From assembly GCA_027046625.1 (NCBI GenBank), contig JALTXX010000011.1:29246-51495 (forward strand): a DNA stretch of 22,250 bases. The letters run 5' to 3'. A program made the position numbers and the translations under genes. The notes under the pieces are model-generated. The model searched no databases. It was given only the letters and a program-made list of their open reading frames with translations, and was not told the DNA's origin. The DNA is from Candidatus Micrarchaeota archaeon (lineage in GTDB: Archaea > Iainarchaeota > Iainarchaeia > JAADDC01). Below, piece after piece: positions 8,308 to 15,916 of this stretch. Every line of letters starts with the position of its first letter. Position 1 is the stretch's first letter.

Positions 8308-9657
8308 CTAGGTAGCTATCTCCTCTGCTCCTATAGAGGCGTATAATTCTGGGTAGACAAATCTTCTATAGGCCACAAAATCAAAAAGTGCATAATAGTT
8401 TGTGGCACCGTAGTCTCCGTACCCAAGGTATGGGTAGAAAGAGGATAATCTACGTGGAAGGGTTACAGAGAGTGTTACTCCTCTGTTGTCTTCGTACCAC
8501 ACGTTTGTGTCGTAGATGTAAAGGGTGCTCCTTACAAATTCGAATACAGGAATGGATGTTGTTCCATATATTGGAATCCAAGATCCGTCTACTTTGGCTC
8601 TTAGCACCTTATAGTATCCGTAAAAATTGTAACAATAGTTGGGACCCTCGTAAATTAGATTATCATCCGGAGCTCCATACCTTATATAAAGAGGTGGCGG
8701 AAACTGTTCTACAACACCCACATTAGGACCCGGCTCTCCTCCACAATATCCATTGCTTCTATAGGTAACTGTTTCTATGGCAATGTTTGAGGCTGGAAGG
8801 TTATAGGAGGAGTATATGTGGATACCTACCCAGGTGGACCCGTTCAGTGTTATCTTGAGAAAACCGTTATTTACCTCTATAGTAGTAGTGCCTTGGGATG
8901 CATTGTAATCCCATTGAGGGTTAAGGGTGTTGCCTTCGAAGTCGTCGAAGAAGAGGAAGGTTTGGTAGCCGTTGGATTCGGAGGTTGCGGAGGGGTTGCC
9001 GTAGTAGAGGTATATGGTGGTGGAGGGGGCTTGGATGCGGGGGACTCTGACCCAGATGCGTGCAAAGGTGGGGGACCAGATCTCTATCCAGTAGGGGATG
9101 GTGGTGGTTCCATCATCAAGGGTGAATCTGATGTCTGAGCCGTCGGGGTTGGCCTTGTTGAAGTCGAAGTTGGAGGTGTTAAGTTCTATTTTGACGGTGT
9201 AGTCGTTTACGTCAACGGTGGAGGAGATAGTGATGGGTCTTCTATAGCTCCAGCCGGATAGCCAGTATATTCCAAGAGTTGGTTCTATCTGGATGGTTGT
9301 GGAAGCTGAGGAGGTATTTCCTCCTAGGGATACCTCTATCTCTTTGGAGGAGGTGGAGGGAAGTTCTACCGTGATGGGCTGGGAGGAGTTTGGGGGGATG
9401 GTGGCGTTGAGGTTTATCTTTGTTATTCCTTCTTTTGTTTTGACGAGGATGTAGGGGAGGGAGGCAGAGGTGTTTGAGGGGTTTCTGATGTAGAGGGTAA
9501 GGAGGTTGCCCTCCTGTTTGTATTCTTCTACTAGGAGGGGTGTGAAGGAGGGGGTGGACTGGATGGGTTGGAGAGAGGAGATGACGGTGTTGTAGAGGAA
9601 GAGGGAGGAGGCTACTACGATGAGGAGAATGAGAAGGGGTGAGATGATGGTGTTCAT
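8308..9657 (-). CDS. Membrane-anchored surface protein: pilin-like N-terminus, Ig-like domain, DUF2341 and a C-terminal beta-rich (ConA/LamG-like) domain
   Basis: N-terminal hydrophobic helix IISPLLILLIVVASSLFLY and LYIRNPS pilin-type strand. DUF2341 motifs WSYRRPITI, DGSDIRF, IPYWIE, IWVRVP, IYLYYGNP and FFDDF. Aromatic/Tyr-rich C-terminal domain ending FDFVAYRRF..PE...SIGAEE. Confidence 0.85.
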   Translation of the reverse strand: MNTIISPLLILLIVVASSLFLYNTVISSLQPIQSTPSFTPLLVEEYKQEGNLLTLYIRNPSNTSASLPYILVKTKEGITKINLNATIPPNSSQPITVELPSTSSKEIEVSLGGNTSSASTTIQIEPTLGIYWLSGWSYRRPITISSTVDVNDYTVKIELNTSNFDFNKANPDGSDIRFTLDDGTTTIPYWIEIWSPTFARIWVRVPRIQAPSTTIYLYYGNPSATSESNGYQTFLFFDDFEGNTLNPQWDYNASQGTTTIEVNNGFLKITLNGSTWVGIHIYSSYNLPASNIAIETVTYRSNGYCGGEPGPNVGVVEQFPPPLYIRYGAPDDNLIYEGPNYCYNFYGYYKVLRAKVDGSWIPIYGTTSIPVFEFVRSTLYIYDTNVWYEDNRGVTLSVTLPRRLSSFYPYLGYGDYGATNYYALFDFVAYRRFVYPELYASIGAEEIAT

Positions 9658-9681
9658 AGAAGATATGGTGGCTGTATAATG

Positions 9682-9688
9682 TTAAAAA
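9682..9688 (-). promoter_or_regulatory. Putative TATA box (TTTTTAA) for the DUF2341 gene
   Basis: Ends 25 nt before ATG 9657. Confidence 0.45.
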
Positions 9689-9707
9689 GGGGTGAGGGTT
9701 AACAGGA

Positions 9708-9798
9708 TGGGGCCGCGGGGATTTGAACCCCGGACCTACGGTTGTCCCAGAGCCGGTCCTATAAGACCGTCGCTCTGACCAGGCTGAGCTACGGCCCC
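9708..9798 (-). tRNA. tRNA-Ile(UAU) with a 16-nt canonical 37/38 intron (intron 9744-9759)
   Basis: Minus strand folds as GGGGCCG-TA-GCTC-AGCCTGGTCA-GAGC-G-ACGGT-CT-TAT-A-[GGACCGGCTCTGGGAC]-A-ACCGT-AGGTC-CGGGG-TTCAAAT-CCCCG-CGGCCCC-A. All four stems are fully Watson-Crick. Bulge-helix-bulge: UAG bulge, CUUA/UGGG helix, ACA bulge. CCA not encoded. Anticodon at 9761-9763. Confidence 0.95.
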
Positions 9799-9823
9799 TC
9801 GCTAAACTTAATCGGGGTGCATG

Positions 9824-9832
9824 CTTAAAAAA
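9824..9832. promoter_or_regulatory. Putative shared bidirectional TATA element for the tRNA (minus) and nac (plus)
   Basis: CTTAAAAAA reads TTTTTTAAG on the minus strand, ending 26 nt before tRNA G1. On the plus strand TTAAAAAA lies at -28..-21 of ATG 9853. Confidence 0.5.
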
Positions 9833-9852
9833 CATTGATATGATGTTTCTGT

Positions 9853-10155
9853 ATGAACATCGAGCGGCTTATGAAACAAATGGGAGTAAAAATGAAAAGA
9901 TTAGATGTAAAGGAAGTTGTGTTTCTCTTTGAGGACGGTACAAGATGGATTTTCAGGAATCCGGAGGTGGTAGAAACAGAGGCCATGGGAAACAAGGCAT
10001 TTCAGGTTATTGGAAGTCCGGAGGAAGACATCAACGAGGAAGATATAAAGATTATAATGGAAAAAACGGGAGTGGATAGAGAAAGAGCCTTAGAAGCTCT
10101 CAAAAAGTCTAAAGGAGACATTGCAGAGGCCATACTCATGCTGGAATCTCAATAA
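9853..10155 (+). CDS. nac: Archaeal nascent polypeptide-associated complex protein
   Basis: LMKQMGVKM..LDVKEVV NAC domain plus C-terminal UBA EEDIKIIMEKTGVDRERALEALKKSKGDIAEAIL. Confidence 0.95.
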   Translation: MNIERLMKQMGVKMKRLDVKEVVFLFEDGTRWIFRNPEVVETEAMGNKAFQVIGSPEEDINEEDIKIIMEKTGVDRERALEALKKSKGDIAEAILMLESQ

Positions 10156-10546
10156 GCTGAGCTCTTAGTACATCACCTCCTCTTATTAATACATCGCAGG
10201 AAAGTACTACCTTATCTCCTCTTTTGTGGTTAGGAAAGAGGAGCGCTGGAAGGGTGATACTCGTTTCTCCCACAGACACATTTACCTCTCCGTCTATCCA
10301 GAATAGCTTTTCATCCCTTAGAAGGTTTTCTTCCAAGAGAGGGTCGTAGTCCCTTATGGCTCCCTCATCGTGCACAAGGATAACACTCTTGGTGTAGGAG
10401 AGGACTGTTCCCTCGCAAACACCCCTCTTTTCCACATTGAGAGGGGAGAAGTTTCCCAGCACAAACCCCAATGAAGATAGTACCATCACTGCAGCTACCA
10501 CCAGGCCAAGCGTTTTATTGGTTTTCACGTTGAAATGTGTAGACAT
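10136..10546 (-). CDS. Hypothetical membrane-anchored protein
   Basis: From ATG 10546 (MSTHFNVKTNKT), one N-terminal TM helix LGLVVAAVMVLSSLGFVLG, then a beta-rich domain with two Cys. Fills the gap between nac and the FKBP gene. Confidence 0.65.
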   Translation of the reverse strand: MSTHFNVKTNKTLGLVVAAVMVLSSLGFVLGNFSPLNVEKRGVCEGTVLSYTKSVILVHDEGAIRDYDPLLEENLLRDEKLFWIDGEVNVSVGETSITLPALLFPNHKRGDKVVLSCDVLIRGGDVLRAQLIEIPA

Positions 10547-10566
10547 CAACAATAAAAGGTGATAGT

Positions 10567-11193
10567 ATGAAAAGGGCACTACTCATAGCCTATGAGGGAA
10601 GGATAAAGGATGGGGATGTTATAGATGTTGTGAAGGAGGATTCACCCTTGTTAGTAATACTGGGTGTTGGAGATCTTATAAAGGGGCTTGAAGAGGCATT
10701 AGAAGGGATGAAGGAGGGAGAAGAAAAGGAAATAGAGGTACCCCCGGAGAAGGGGTATGGAGAAAGGTCAAAGGATCTTGTTGTACTAATTCCAGAGAAG
10801 GAATTTAGACAAAGAGGGATAAAACCATATCCCGGCCTGCCAATAGAGGCAGATGGAAGGACGGGAAGGGTTATCTCCGTGTCCTCTGGTAGGGTTCAAG
10901 TGGACTTCAACCATCCCCTTGCGGGCAAAACCCTACAGTATAAGGTAAAGGTTCTAAAGGAGGTAAAAGATGAGAGGGAAATTGTTTCCTATCTATTCAA
11001 ACGCTTTTTTGGGTTTGAGCCAGAAAACGTAGAGGTGTCCGACGGAACTGCAAAGATCTCCTATATATACACAAGAAATGCGGAGGAATTTGAGGTTAGA
11101 CTGGTAGCCTATCTCATGGAACATCTTGGATTTAGGGAGGTTAGAATGGAAAAGATCTACAGAAGGAAAGAGGAAGGTCAAGGAGAGAGCTGA
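10567..11193 (+). CDS. slyD: FKBP-type peptidyl-prolyl cis-trans isomerase (SlyD-like, archaeal long type)
   Basis: LIKGLEEALEGM..GEEKEIEVPPEKGYGER and VDFNHPLAGKTL, plus an IF insert domain and an extra C-terminal domain. Confidence 0.93.
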   Translation: MKRALLIAYEGRIKDGDVIDVVKEDSPLLVILGVGDLIKGLEEALEGMKEGEEKEIEVPPEKGYGERSKDLVVLIPEKEFRQRGIKPYPGLPIEADGRTGRVISVSSGRVQVDFNHPLAGKTLQYKVKVLKEVKDEREIVSYLFKRFFGFEPENVEVSDGTAKISYIYTRNAEEFEVRLVAYLMEHLGFREVRMEKIYRRKEEGQGES

Positions 11194-11690
11194 TGCACAT
11201 ACCTACCCCTTTCCATGTCTCCATCCTTTACCTCAAAGAACATGATCTGACATATCTTAATACCTGGGCGTAGCTTTAGCGTAAAGGGGCCCATGTTTAT
11301 AATCTCCAGCACCTGTCTATTACGTGAACCGGGTTGTACAAGATTGGATGACACATGCACCATGAGGCCTGCCCGGGCAAATCTGCTTCTTCCAGATAGG
11401 ATACCCCCAATGTTGGGTGGTAAGGAGATTATTTCCTTTGTAATTCCGAGTACCATCTCCCCAGGCTTTAGTTCAAGAAATTCGTCGTCATTAATAGTTA
11501 CTAGCTTTCCGTATCTGGTCATATCTAGCTCCTCTCCCTCTATATCCAACACTCCTCCCTCAAACACTCTGAAAACATTCCCCAAGGTTAGATCCACAGA
11601 CATGGGACCTACGTTGGAAGGATCGAAGGGCTCAATACCGATAACGCCCTCTTCTATAAGATGAAGTAGAGCACTCTTTCCCAGGATCAT
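11178..11690 (-). CDS. dcd: dCTP deaminase (trimeric dUTPase superfamily)
   Basis: MILG...I.IEPF...VGPMSVDLTLG, GRSRFARAGL, VLEIINMG and PGIKICQIMF. Confidence 0.88.
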   Translation of the reverse strand: MILGKSALLHLIEEGVIGIEPFDPSNVGPMSVDLTLGNVFRVFEGGVLDIEGEELDMTRYGKLVTINDDEFLELKPGEMVLGITKEIISLPPNIGGILSGRSRFARAGLMVHVSSNLVQPGSRNRQVLEIINMGPFTLKLRPGIKICQIMFFEVKDGDMERGRYVHQLSP

Positions 11691-11712
11691 CCTTCCTATA
11701 AGGTACTCCCCA

Positions 11713-11718
11713 TTTAAA
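11713..11718. promoter_or_regulatory. Palindromic TTTAAA, a candidate bidirectional TATA box for dcd and psmB
   Basis: 23 nt from the dcd start (11690) and 26 nt from the psmB start (11744) in a 53-nt divergent spacer. Confidence 0.5.
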
Positions 11719-11743
11719 CCCTATGCATCAAATAGGGGTATAG

Positions 11744-12391
11744 TTGTTTTCTGGGGTGGAAAAGGTGAGAGAGGGAAAGCAGGAAGGCACAACCATCTTG
11801 GGCATAAAGGGAAAGGATTATGTGGTACTTGCGGCAGATAAGCAATCTACCTACGGCCCGATGAAGTATTCCAGAATGGAAAGGAAGATACACCCCATAG
11901 CAGACTATATAGCACTTGCAGGCTCTGGACTGGTGGGAGACATACAGATACTTGTAAGGTTCCTTGAGAATAGGGTAGCATCTATGGAAATCGAGCTTGG
12001 AGAAAAGCCATCACCTGAGAGCATAACAAAGTATCTATCCCTTATACTGAACGCCAACAAGTACTTCCCCTATTGGGTGGGTATCATCATCGGCGGCTAT
12101 AAGAACGCACCTTACCTGGCATCTATTGATAGCACAGGAAGTGTAACAGATAACAAACACTACGTTGTGGAGGGCAGTGGTATGCCCTATGCTGCGGCGG
12201 TTATAGAGGACAGATACAAGGAGGGCATAAAATTAGAGGATGCCATTGCCCTTGCCATAAGAGCTGTTGAAGCGTCAAGAAAGCTGGACATATACTCAGG
12301 TGGAGATGAACCCGGTATTGATGTAGCCATTGTAGATAAAGACGGTGTTAAGCTCCTCGGAGAAAAAGAGATCGCAGCTTACAAGAGATAA
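11744..12391 (+). CDS. psmB: Proteasome subunit beta
   Basis: Propeptide followed by G|TTILGIKGKDYVVLAADK (catalytic Thr1), AGSGLVGDIQ, GSG and D..SGG. Start (TTG) uncertain. Confidence 0.95.
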   Translation: MFSGVEKVREGKQEGTTILGIKGKDYVVLAADKQSTYGPMKYSRMERKIHPIADYIALAGSGLVGDIQILVRFLENRVASMEIELGEKPSPESITKYLSLILNANKYFPYWVGIIIGGYKNAPYLASIDSTGSVTDNKHYVVEGSGMPYAAAVIEDRYKEGIKLEDAIALAIRAVEASRKLDIYSGGDEPGIDVAIVDKDGVKLLGEKEIAAYKR

Positions 12392-12403
12392 GGGGGAGTT
12401 TGC

Positions 12404-14284
12404 TTGGATGTAAAGGATATTATAGAAGAAATAGTGGGAAGAGAGGCAAAGATTACAAAAATTGATTTTGAGGGACCAGAGTTGGGTATATACACAACAG
12501 ACCCGCTCTATTTTCTGGAAAACGAAGACAAGGTAAAGGCTATTGCTGTGGAATTAAAAAAGAGGGTAAATATACGCAGTGATCCCAAAATCCTCAAACC
12601 CCCAGAGAAGACCAAGGAGATTATAAAGAATATAGTGCCAGAGGAGGCGGGTATCACCAACATATGGTTTCTCGAACCTTTAGGAACGGTAAGGATAGAG
12701 GCTAAGAAGCCCGGTGTAGTTATTGGAAAAGAGGGGAACCTTCTAAAAGAGATTGTAAAGCAAACAGGATGGGTAGTCCAGGTTGTAAGAGCGCCCTATC
12801 CGGATAGCTCCATCATAAGAGGAATAAGATCCTTGGATGTCAAGCATGGAAAGGAGAGGATAGAATTTCTTAGGACAACAAGCAGCCGGATTTTTAGAGG
12901 TGCAAAATACCCAAACACATGGGTAAGGTTGCATGCACTGGGTGGGTTTATGGAGGTAGGTAGAAGTATGTTCCTCCTTGAGACAAAAAATTCAAAGATC
13001 ATAGTGGATGCGGGGCTTAACGTAGGAAATGAGAAGGACTTCTTCCCATATCTTGAGGATACACTCGATGGAAGGTTAGACGAGATAGATGCTGTGGTGA
13101 TTAGCCACGCACACCTGGATCATATCGGATTCCTGCCTATACTGTTTAAGATGGGATATGATGGGCCTGTCTACTGTACCCCACCCACAAGGGATCTTGG
13201 AGCACTCCTACTGCTAGACTTTATAGATGTATTTCTAAAGGATGGTAAGGAGCCTCCCTTTACAGAGAGAGATGTAAAAAAGTTCGTACTAAACTGCATT
13301 ACAAGGAATTACGGAGAGGTTACGGATATAACACCCGATATAAGGCTTACATTCCACAATGCGGGTCACATTCTTGGGTCTGCAACAGTACATCTACATA
13401 TAGGCAATGGATTATACAACGTTCTGTACTCTGCAGATATCAAGTTTTCCCCTACAAGAATGCTATCGCCGGCCAACACAAAATACCCACGCATAGAAAC
13501 CCTTATCATAGAGTCTACCTACGGAGGAAGAAATGATATTCAACCCTCCAGAGAGAAAAGCGAGGAAATGCTAAAACAGATCATCCTTGATACTATGGAC
13601 AAAGGAGGAACGGTTCTTATACCTGTTTTCGCAGTGGGAAGGGCTCAGGAAATTATATTAACACTGGAAGATATGTACAAGAAGGAAGGGTTCCACTGGC
13701 CCGTGTACATTGATGGAATGATAAGGGAGGCCTCCGCTATACACACTGCGTACCCTGAGTTTATGAGAAAGGATCTGCAGAAGCGAGTATTATCGGATGA
13801 CTCCCCCTTTGAAGCAGACTTTATAGTAGATGTTAGAGGAAAAGATAGGAAGAGCATTGTAGAGGAGGGAGAAAGCATTATAATAGCACCTTCCGGATCG
13901 CTTACAGGCGGACCAGCAGTAGAATACTTCAAATATCTTGCAGAGAGCGAAAACAACGCATTAGTATTGGTAGGCTACCAATTTGAGGGATCCCTAGGCA
14001 GAAAATTACAAAGGGGTATAAGAGAAGTACCTATAAAGGATGAGAATGGAAAGCTAAAGCCTCTTCAGGTAAAAATGAGGATAGAAACACTTCATGGATT
14101 TTCAGGCCATGCAGACAGGAGACAACTAGAAAACTTTATCTCAAAGCTTAGTTCAAGACCTAAGCGTATTATTGTAGATCATGGAGATCCAAAGAAGGTA
14201 AAAGAGTTTGCAAAGGATGTTTCCAAGAAGTTTAAGGTGGAAACATTGACTCCAAGAGATTTAGATGTGGTGAGATTGCTATGA
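12404..14284 (+). CDS. fttA: KH-domain beta-CASP ribonuclease aCPSF1 (transcription termination factor FttA)
   Basis: Two N-terminal KH domains (KPGVVIGKEG), LGGFMEVGRS, ISHAHLDH, AGHILGS, ESTYG, AVGRAQE and FSGHAD. Conserved adjacency to psmB. Confidence 0.96.
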   Translation: MDVKDIIEEIVGREAKITKIDFEGPELGIYTTDPLYFLENEDKVKAIAVELKKRVNIRSDPKILKPPEKTKEIIKNIVPEEAGITNIWFLEPLGTVRIEAKKPGVVIGKEGNLLKEIVKQTGWVVQVVRAPYPDSSIIRGIRSLDVKHGKERIEFLRTTSSRIFRGAKYPNTWVRLHALGGFMEVGRSMFLLETKNSKIIVDAGLNVGNEKDFFPYLEDTLDGRLDEIDAVVISHAHLDHIGFLPILFKMGYDGPVYCTPPTRDLGALLLLDFIDVFLKDGKEPPFTERDVKKFVLNCITRNYGEVTDITPDIRLTFHNAGHILGSATVHLHIGNGLYNVLYSADIKFSPTRMLSPANTKYPRIETLIIESTYGGRNDIQPSREKSEEMLKQIILDTMDKGGTVLIPVFAVGRAQEIILTLEDMYKKEGFHWPVYIDGMIREASAIHTAYPEFMRKDLQKRVLSDDSPFEADFIVDVRGKDRKSIVEEGESIIIAPSGSLTGGPAVEYFKYLAESENNALVLVGYQFEGSLGRKLQRGIREVPIKDENGKLKPLQVKMRIETLHGFSGHADRRQLENFISKLSSRPKRIIVDHGDPKKVKEFAKDVSKKFKVETLTPRDLDVVRLL

Positions 14285-14793
14285 GAATCGGTATTACCGG
14301 CGTACCAGGGACGGGGAAGACCGAAACGGCCAAGGTGCTTGGAAAACTCCTAAACTATGAGGTTGTACACCAGGCGGATCTATTTAGCGGTACTGTAAGT
14401 TTGAAGGCGGTAAGAACGAAGTTCTGGTGGTTGTTAGAGAGGAAGAACAACGTTATAGTGGAAGGCCACCTCCTATGTGATGTTAAACTCCCTCTTGATA
14501 TACTCTTTATACTAAGGACGCAGCCGGACATACTCTTATCAAGACTTGAGATGAAAGGATACGATAAGAGAAAGATTGATGAGAATGTATTGGCTGAGGC
14601 GCTTGATTATTGCATACAGAGAGCTGAAGGAAGATACAAAAATATTATTCAGCTAGATACCACCCACTCTACACCAGAGGAAACGGCAAAAAGGATGATA
14701 GAATGCTTAGAGGGAGGCTGTGAGGGGGATGAGGTAGATTGGATACCTGTATTAGAAAAGCTTATTATAGGGGGACGTATTACATACCTTTGA
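14281..14793 (+). CDS. Atypical adenylate kinase (AK6/Fap7-like)
   Basis: ITGVPGTGKT Walker A, VIVEGHL, RL..KGY...KI.ENV.AE and DTT motifs. Confidence 0.85.
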   Translation: MRIGITGVPGTGKTETAKVLGKLLNYEVVHQADLFSGTVSLKAVRTKFWWLLERKNNVIVEGHLLCDVKLPLDILFILRTQPDILLSRLEMKGYDKRKIDENVLAEALDYCIQRAEGRYKNIIQLDTTHSTPEETAKRMIECLEGGCEGDEVDWIPVLEKLIIGGRITYL

Positions 14794-15668
14794 TGATATG
14801 GGCATTATTACTCATCCCCCTTACCTTTGCGTATCCCATATCTCAATACACGGGTGGAGATGTTGTCGTAAGACCGGGAGAGAGTATTACCCTAGAGTTG
14901 CCCGCTGTGATAGATATAAACTGCCTCCCTATGGCGATTTTGAGAGTTGAAGGGGGAGAGGATTACCCCACCATAAAGGTAGAAAACAGCACTGTAAGTG
15001 GAGAAGGCGTCTATAGGGTTCTAATCGAGGGTAATATTCTCAGAATGGAAATAAACAGCTCCGGACTGAGCGTCATAAAGGGGAATAGTGAGGTTCTATG
15101 TTCCAAGGACCCCTTTGTAGACATAGAGCTACTTCTAAGCACACCGTTCAGATTTGGGGGGTATAACTACGTATCTGTTCTTTTGAGGAATTTTGGCTAT
15201 AGCGATGCTGAGGTAAACCTAGATTTGTCCTTTCATACAAATATAGCTCCTTTCCATCCACCCCCAGATAGCATAAAGGTACCCGCCCGCTCCAAGGTAG
15301 CTCACAACATGTTTGTACTGGCTGCTCCCTTTTCGCTAAAGAAAAGTGCATATCCCAGAAACTGTATAGAATACAGGGATAGTGTTTCACTGGTAAAAAA
15401 GTGTTACGGTCCTGTTCCTGTATCTTTTGAAGCAAGACCGGTAGCAAAATGTATAGATAATATATGCTACAGCGTCTCTTATACATCTTTCAAGGGTATA
15501 GACCCTGCAGAAGATGTTAATGTGGATGAGGTTCCTTTCTACGTGGAGAGGGTCTACACCACCAAAAGAGTTTCTGGTGAGCCCCCTTATAACATGGAGT
15601 GGGTGGGTTTGGGGGTAATCGTGTTGGCTACGCTTATCATCGTGCTGGTTTACGCAGGTTTTATATAG
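14793..15668 (+). CDS. Hypothetical secreted, C-terminally anchored surface protein
   Basis: Start placed at ATG 14793 (TGATG coupling to the kinase stop). Signal peptide MIWALLLIPLTFA, CARDB/Ig-like VLLRNFG...V.L strand pattern, six Cys, and C-terminal TM WVGLGVIVLATLIIVLVYAGFI. Confidence 0.7.
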   Translation: MIWALLLIPLTFAYPISQYTGGDVVVRPGESITLELPAVIDINCLPMAILRVEGGEDYPTIKVENSTVSGEGVYRVLIEGNILRMEINSSGLSVIKGNSEVLCSKDPFVDIELLLSTPFRFGGYNYVSVLLRNFGYSDAEVNLDLSFHTNIAPFHPPPDSIKVPARSKVAHNMFVLAAPFSLKKSAYPRNCIEYRDSVSLVKKCYGPVPVSFEARPVAKCIDNICYSVSYTSFKGIDPAEDVNVDEVPFYVERVYTTKRVSGEPPYNMEWVGLGVIVLATLIIVLVYAGFI

Positions 15669-15698
15669 GAGTTTGTACTCTATTTAGTGCAGGAGGTG
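15659..15698 (+). promoter_or_regulatory. Histone gene TATA box (TTTTATATA, 15659-15667) and Shine-Dalgarno (GGAGGTG, 15692-15698)
   Basis: Near-consensus TATA box, and a strong SD 6 nt before ATG 15705. Confidence 0.7.
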
Positions 15699-15704
15699 GA
15701 TCCG

Positions 15705-15914
15705 ATGGCAGAGCTGAAACTTGCACAAATTGAGAGAATAATGAGAAAGGCTGGTGCCCAGAGGATATCCCAGGACGCAAAGGAGGCTCTCAGAGACATT
15801 CTGGAGGACATAGCACTTGAAATTGCTGAGCTGGCAGTAGAGATAGCACACCACGCCGGCAGAAAGGGAGTAACAGCAGAGGACATAAAGATGGCTGTAA
15901 AGCAGGTTCTCTAA
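15705..15914 (+). CDS. Archaeal histone (HMf-type)
   Basis: MAELKLAQIERIMRKAGAQRISQDAKEAL...A.HAGRKGVTAEDIKMA histone fold, 69 aa. Confidence 0.96.
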   Translation: MAELKLAQIERIMRKAGAQRISQDAKEALRDILEDIALEIAELAVEIAHHAGRKGVTAEDIKMAVKQVL

Positions 15915-15916
15915 AA

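Noticed and set aside
8724-8737. TAGGACCCGGCTCT, a near-inverted copy of the tRNA exon-intron junction TAGGACCGGCTCT
   Set aside because: Only 13 matching nt with an indel, inside coding sequence (GEPGPN). Compatible with chance.
6317-9657. Diversity-generating retroelement targeting the lectin-fold proteins
   Set aside because: No reverse transcriptase and no TR/VR repeat pair differing at adenines were seen in the window. The lectin is an internal canonical-type CTLD rather than a C-terminal FGE-type CLec. A remote DGR cannot be excluded.
8308-9798. Integrated element at the tRNA 3' end
   Set aside because: I found no duplicated tRNA 3' fragment (att site) and no integrase or viral genes in the window.
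8818-9835. Alternative ORFs 8818-9138 (+), 8877-9065 (-) and 9242-9835 (-)
   Set aside because: Low-complexity Gly/Val or Pro/His shadows caused by the C-rich skew of the DUF2341 gene. The last one also runs through the tRNA.
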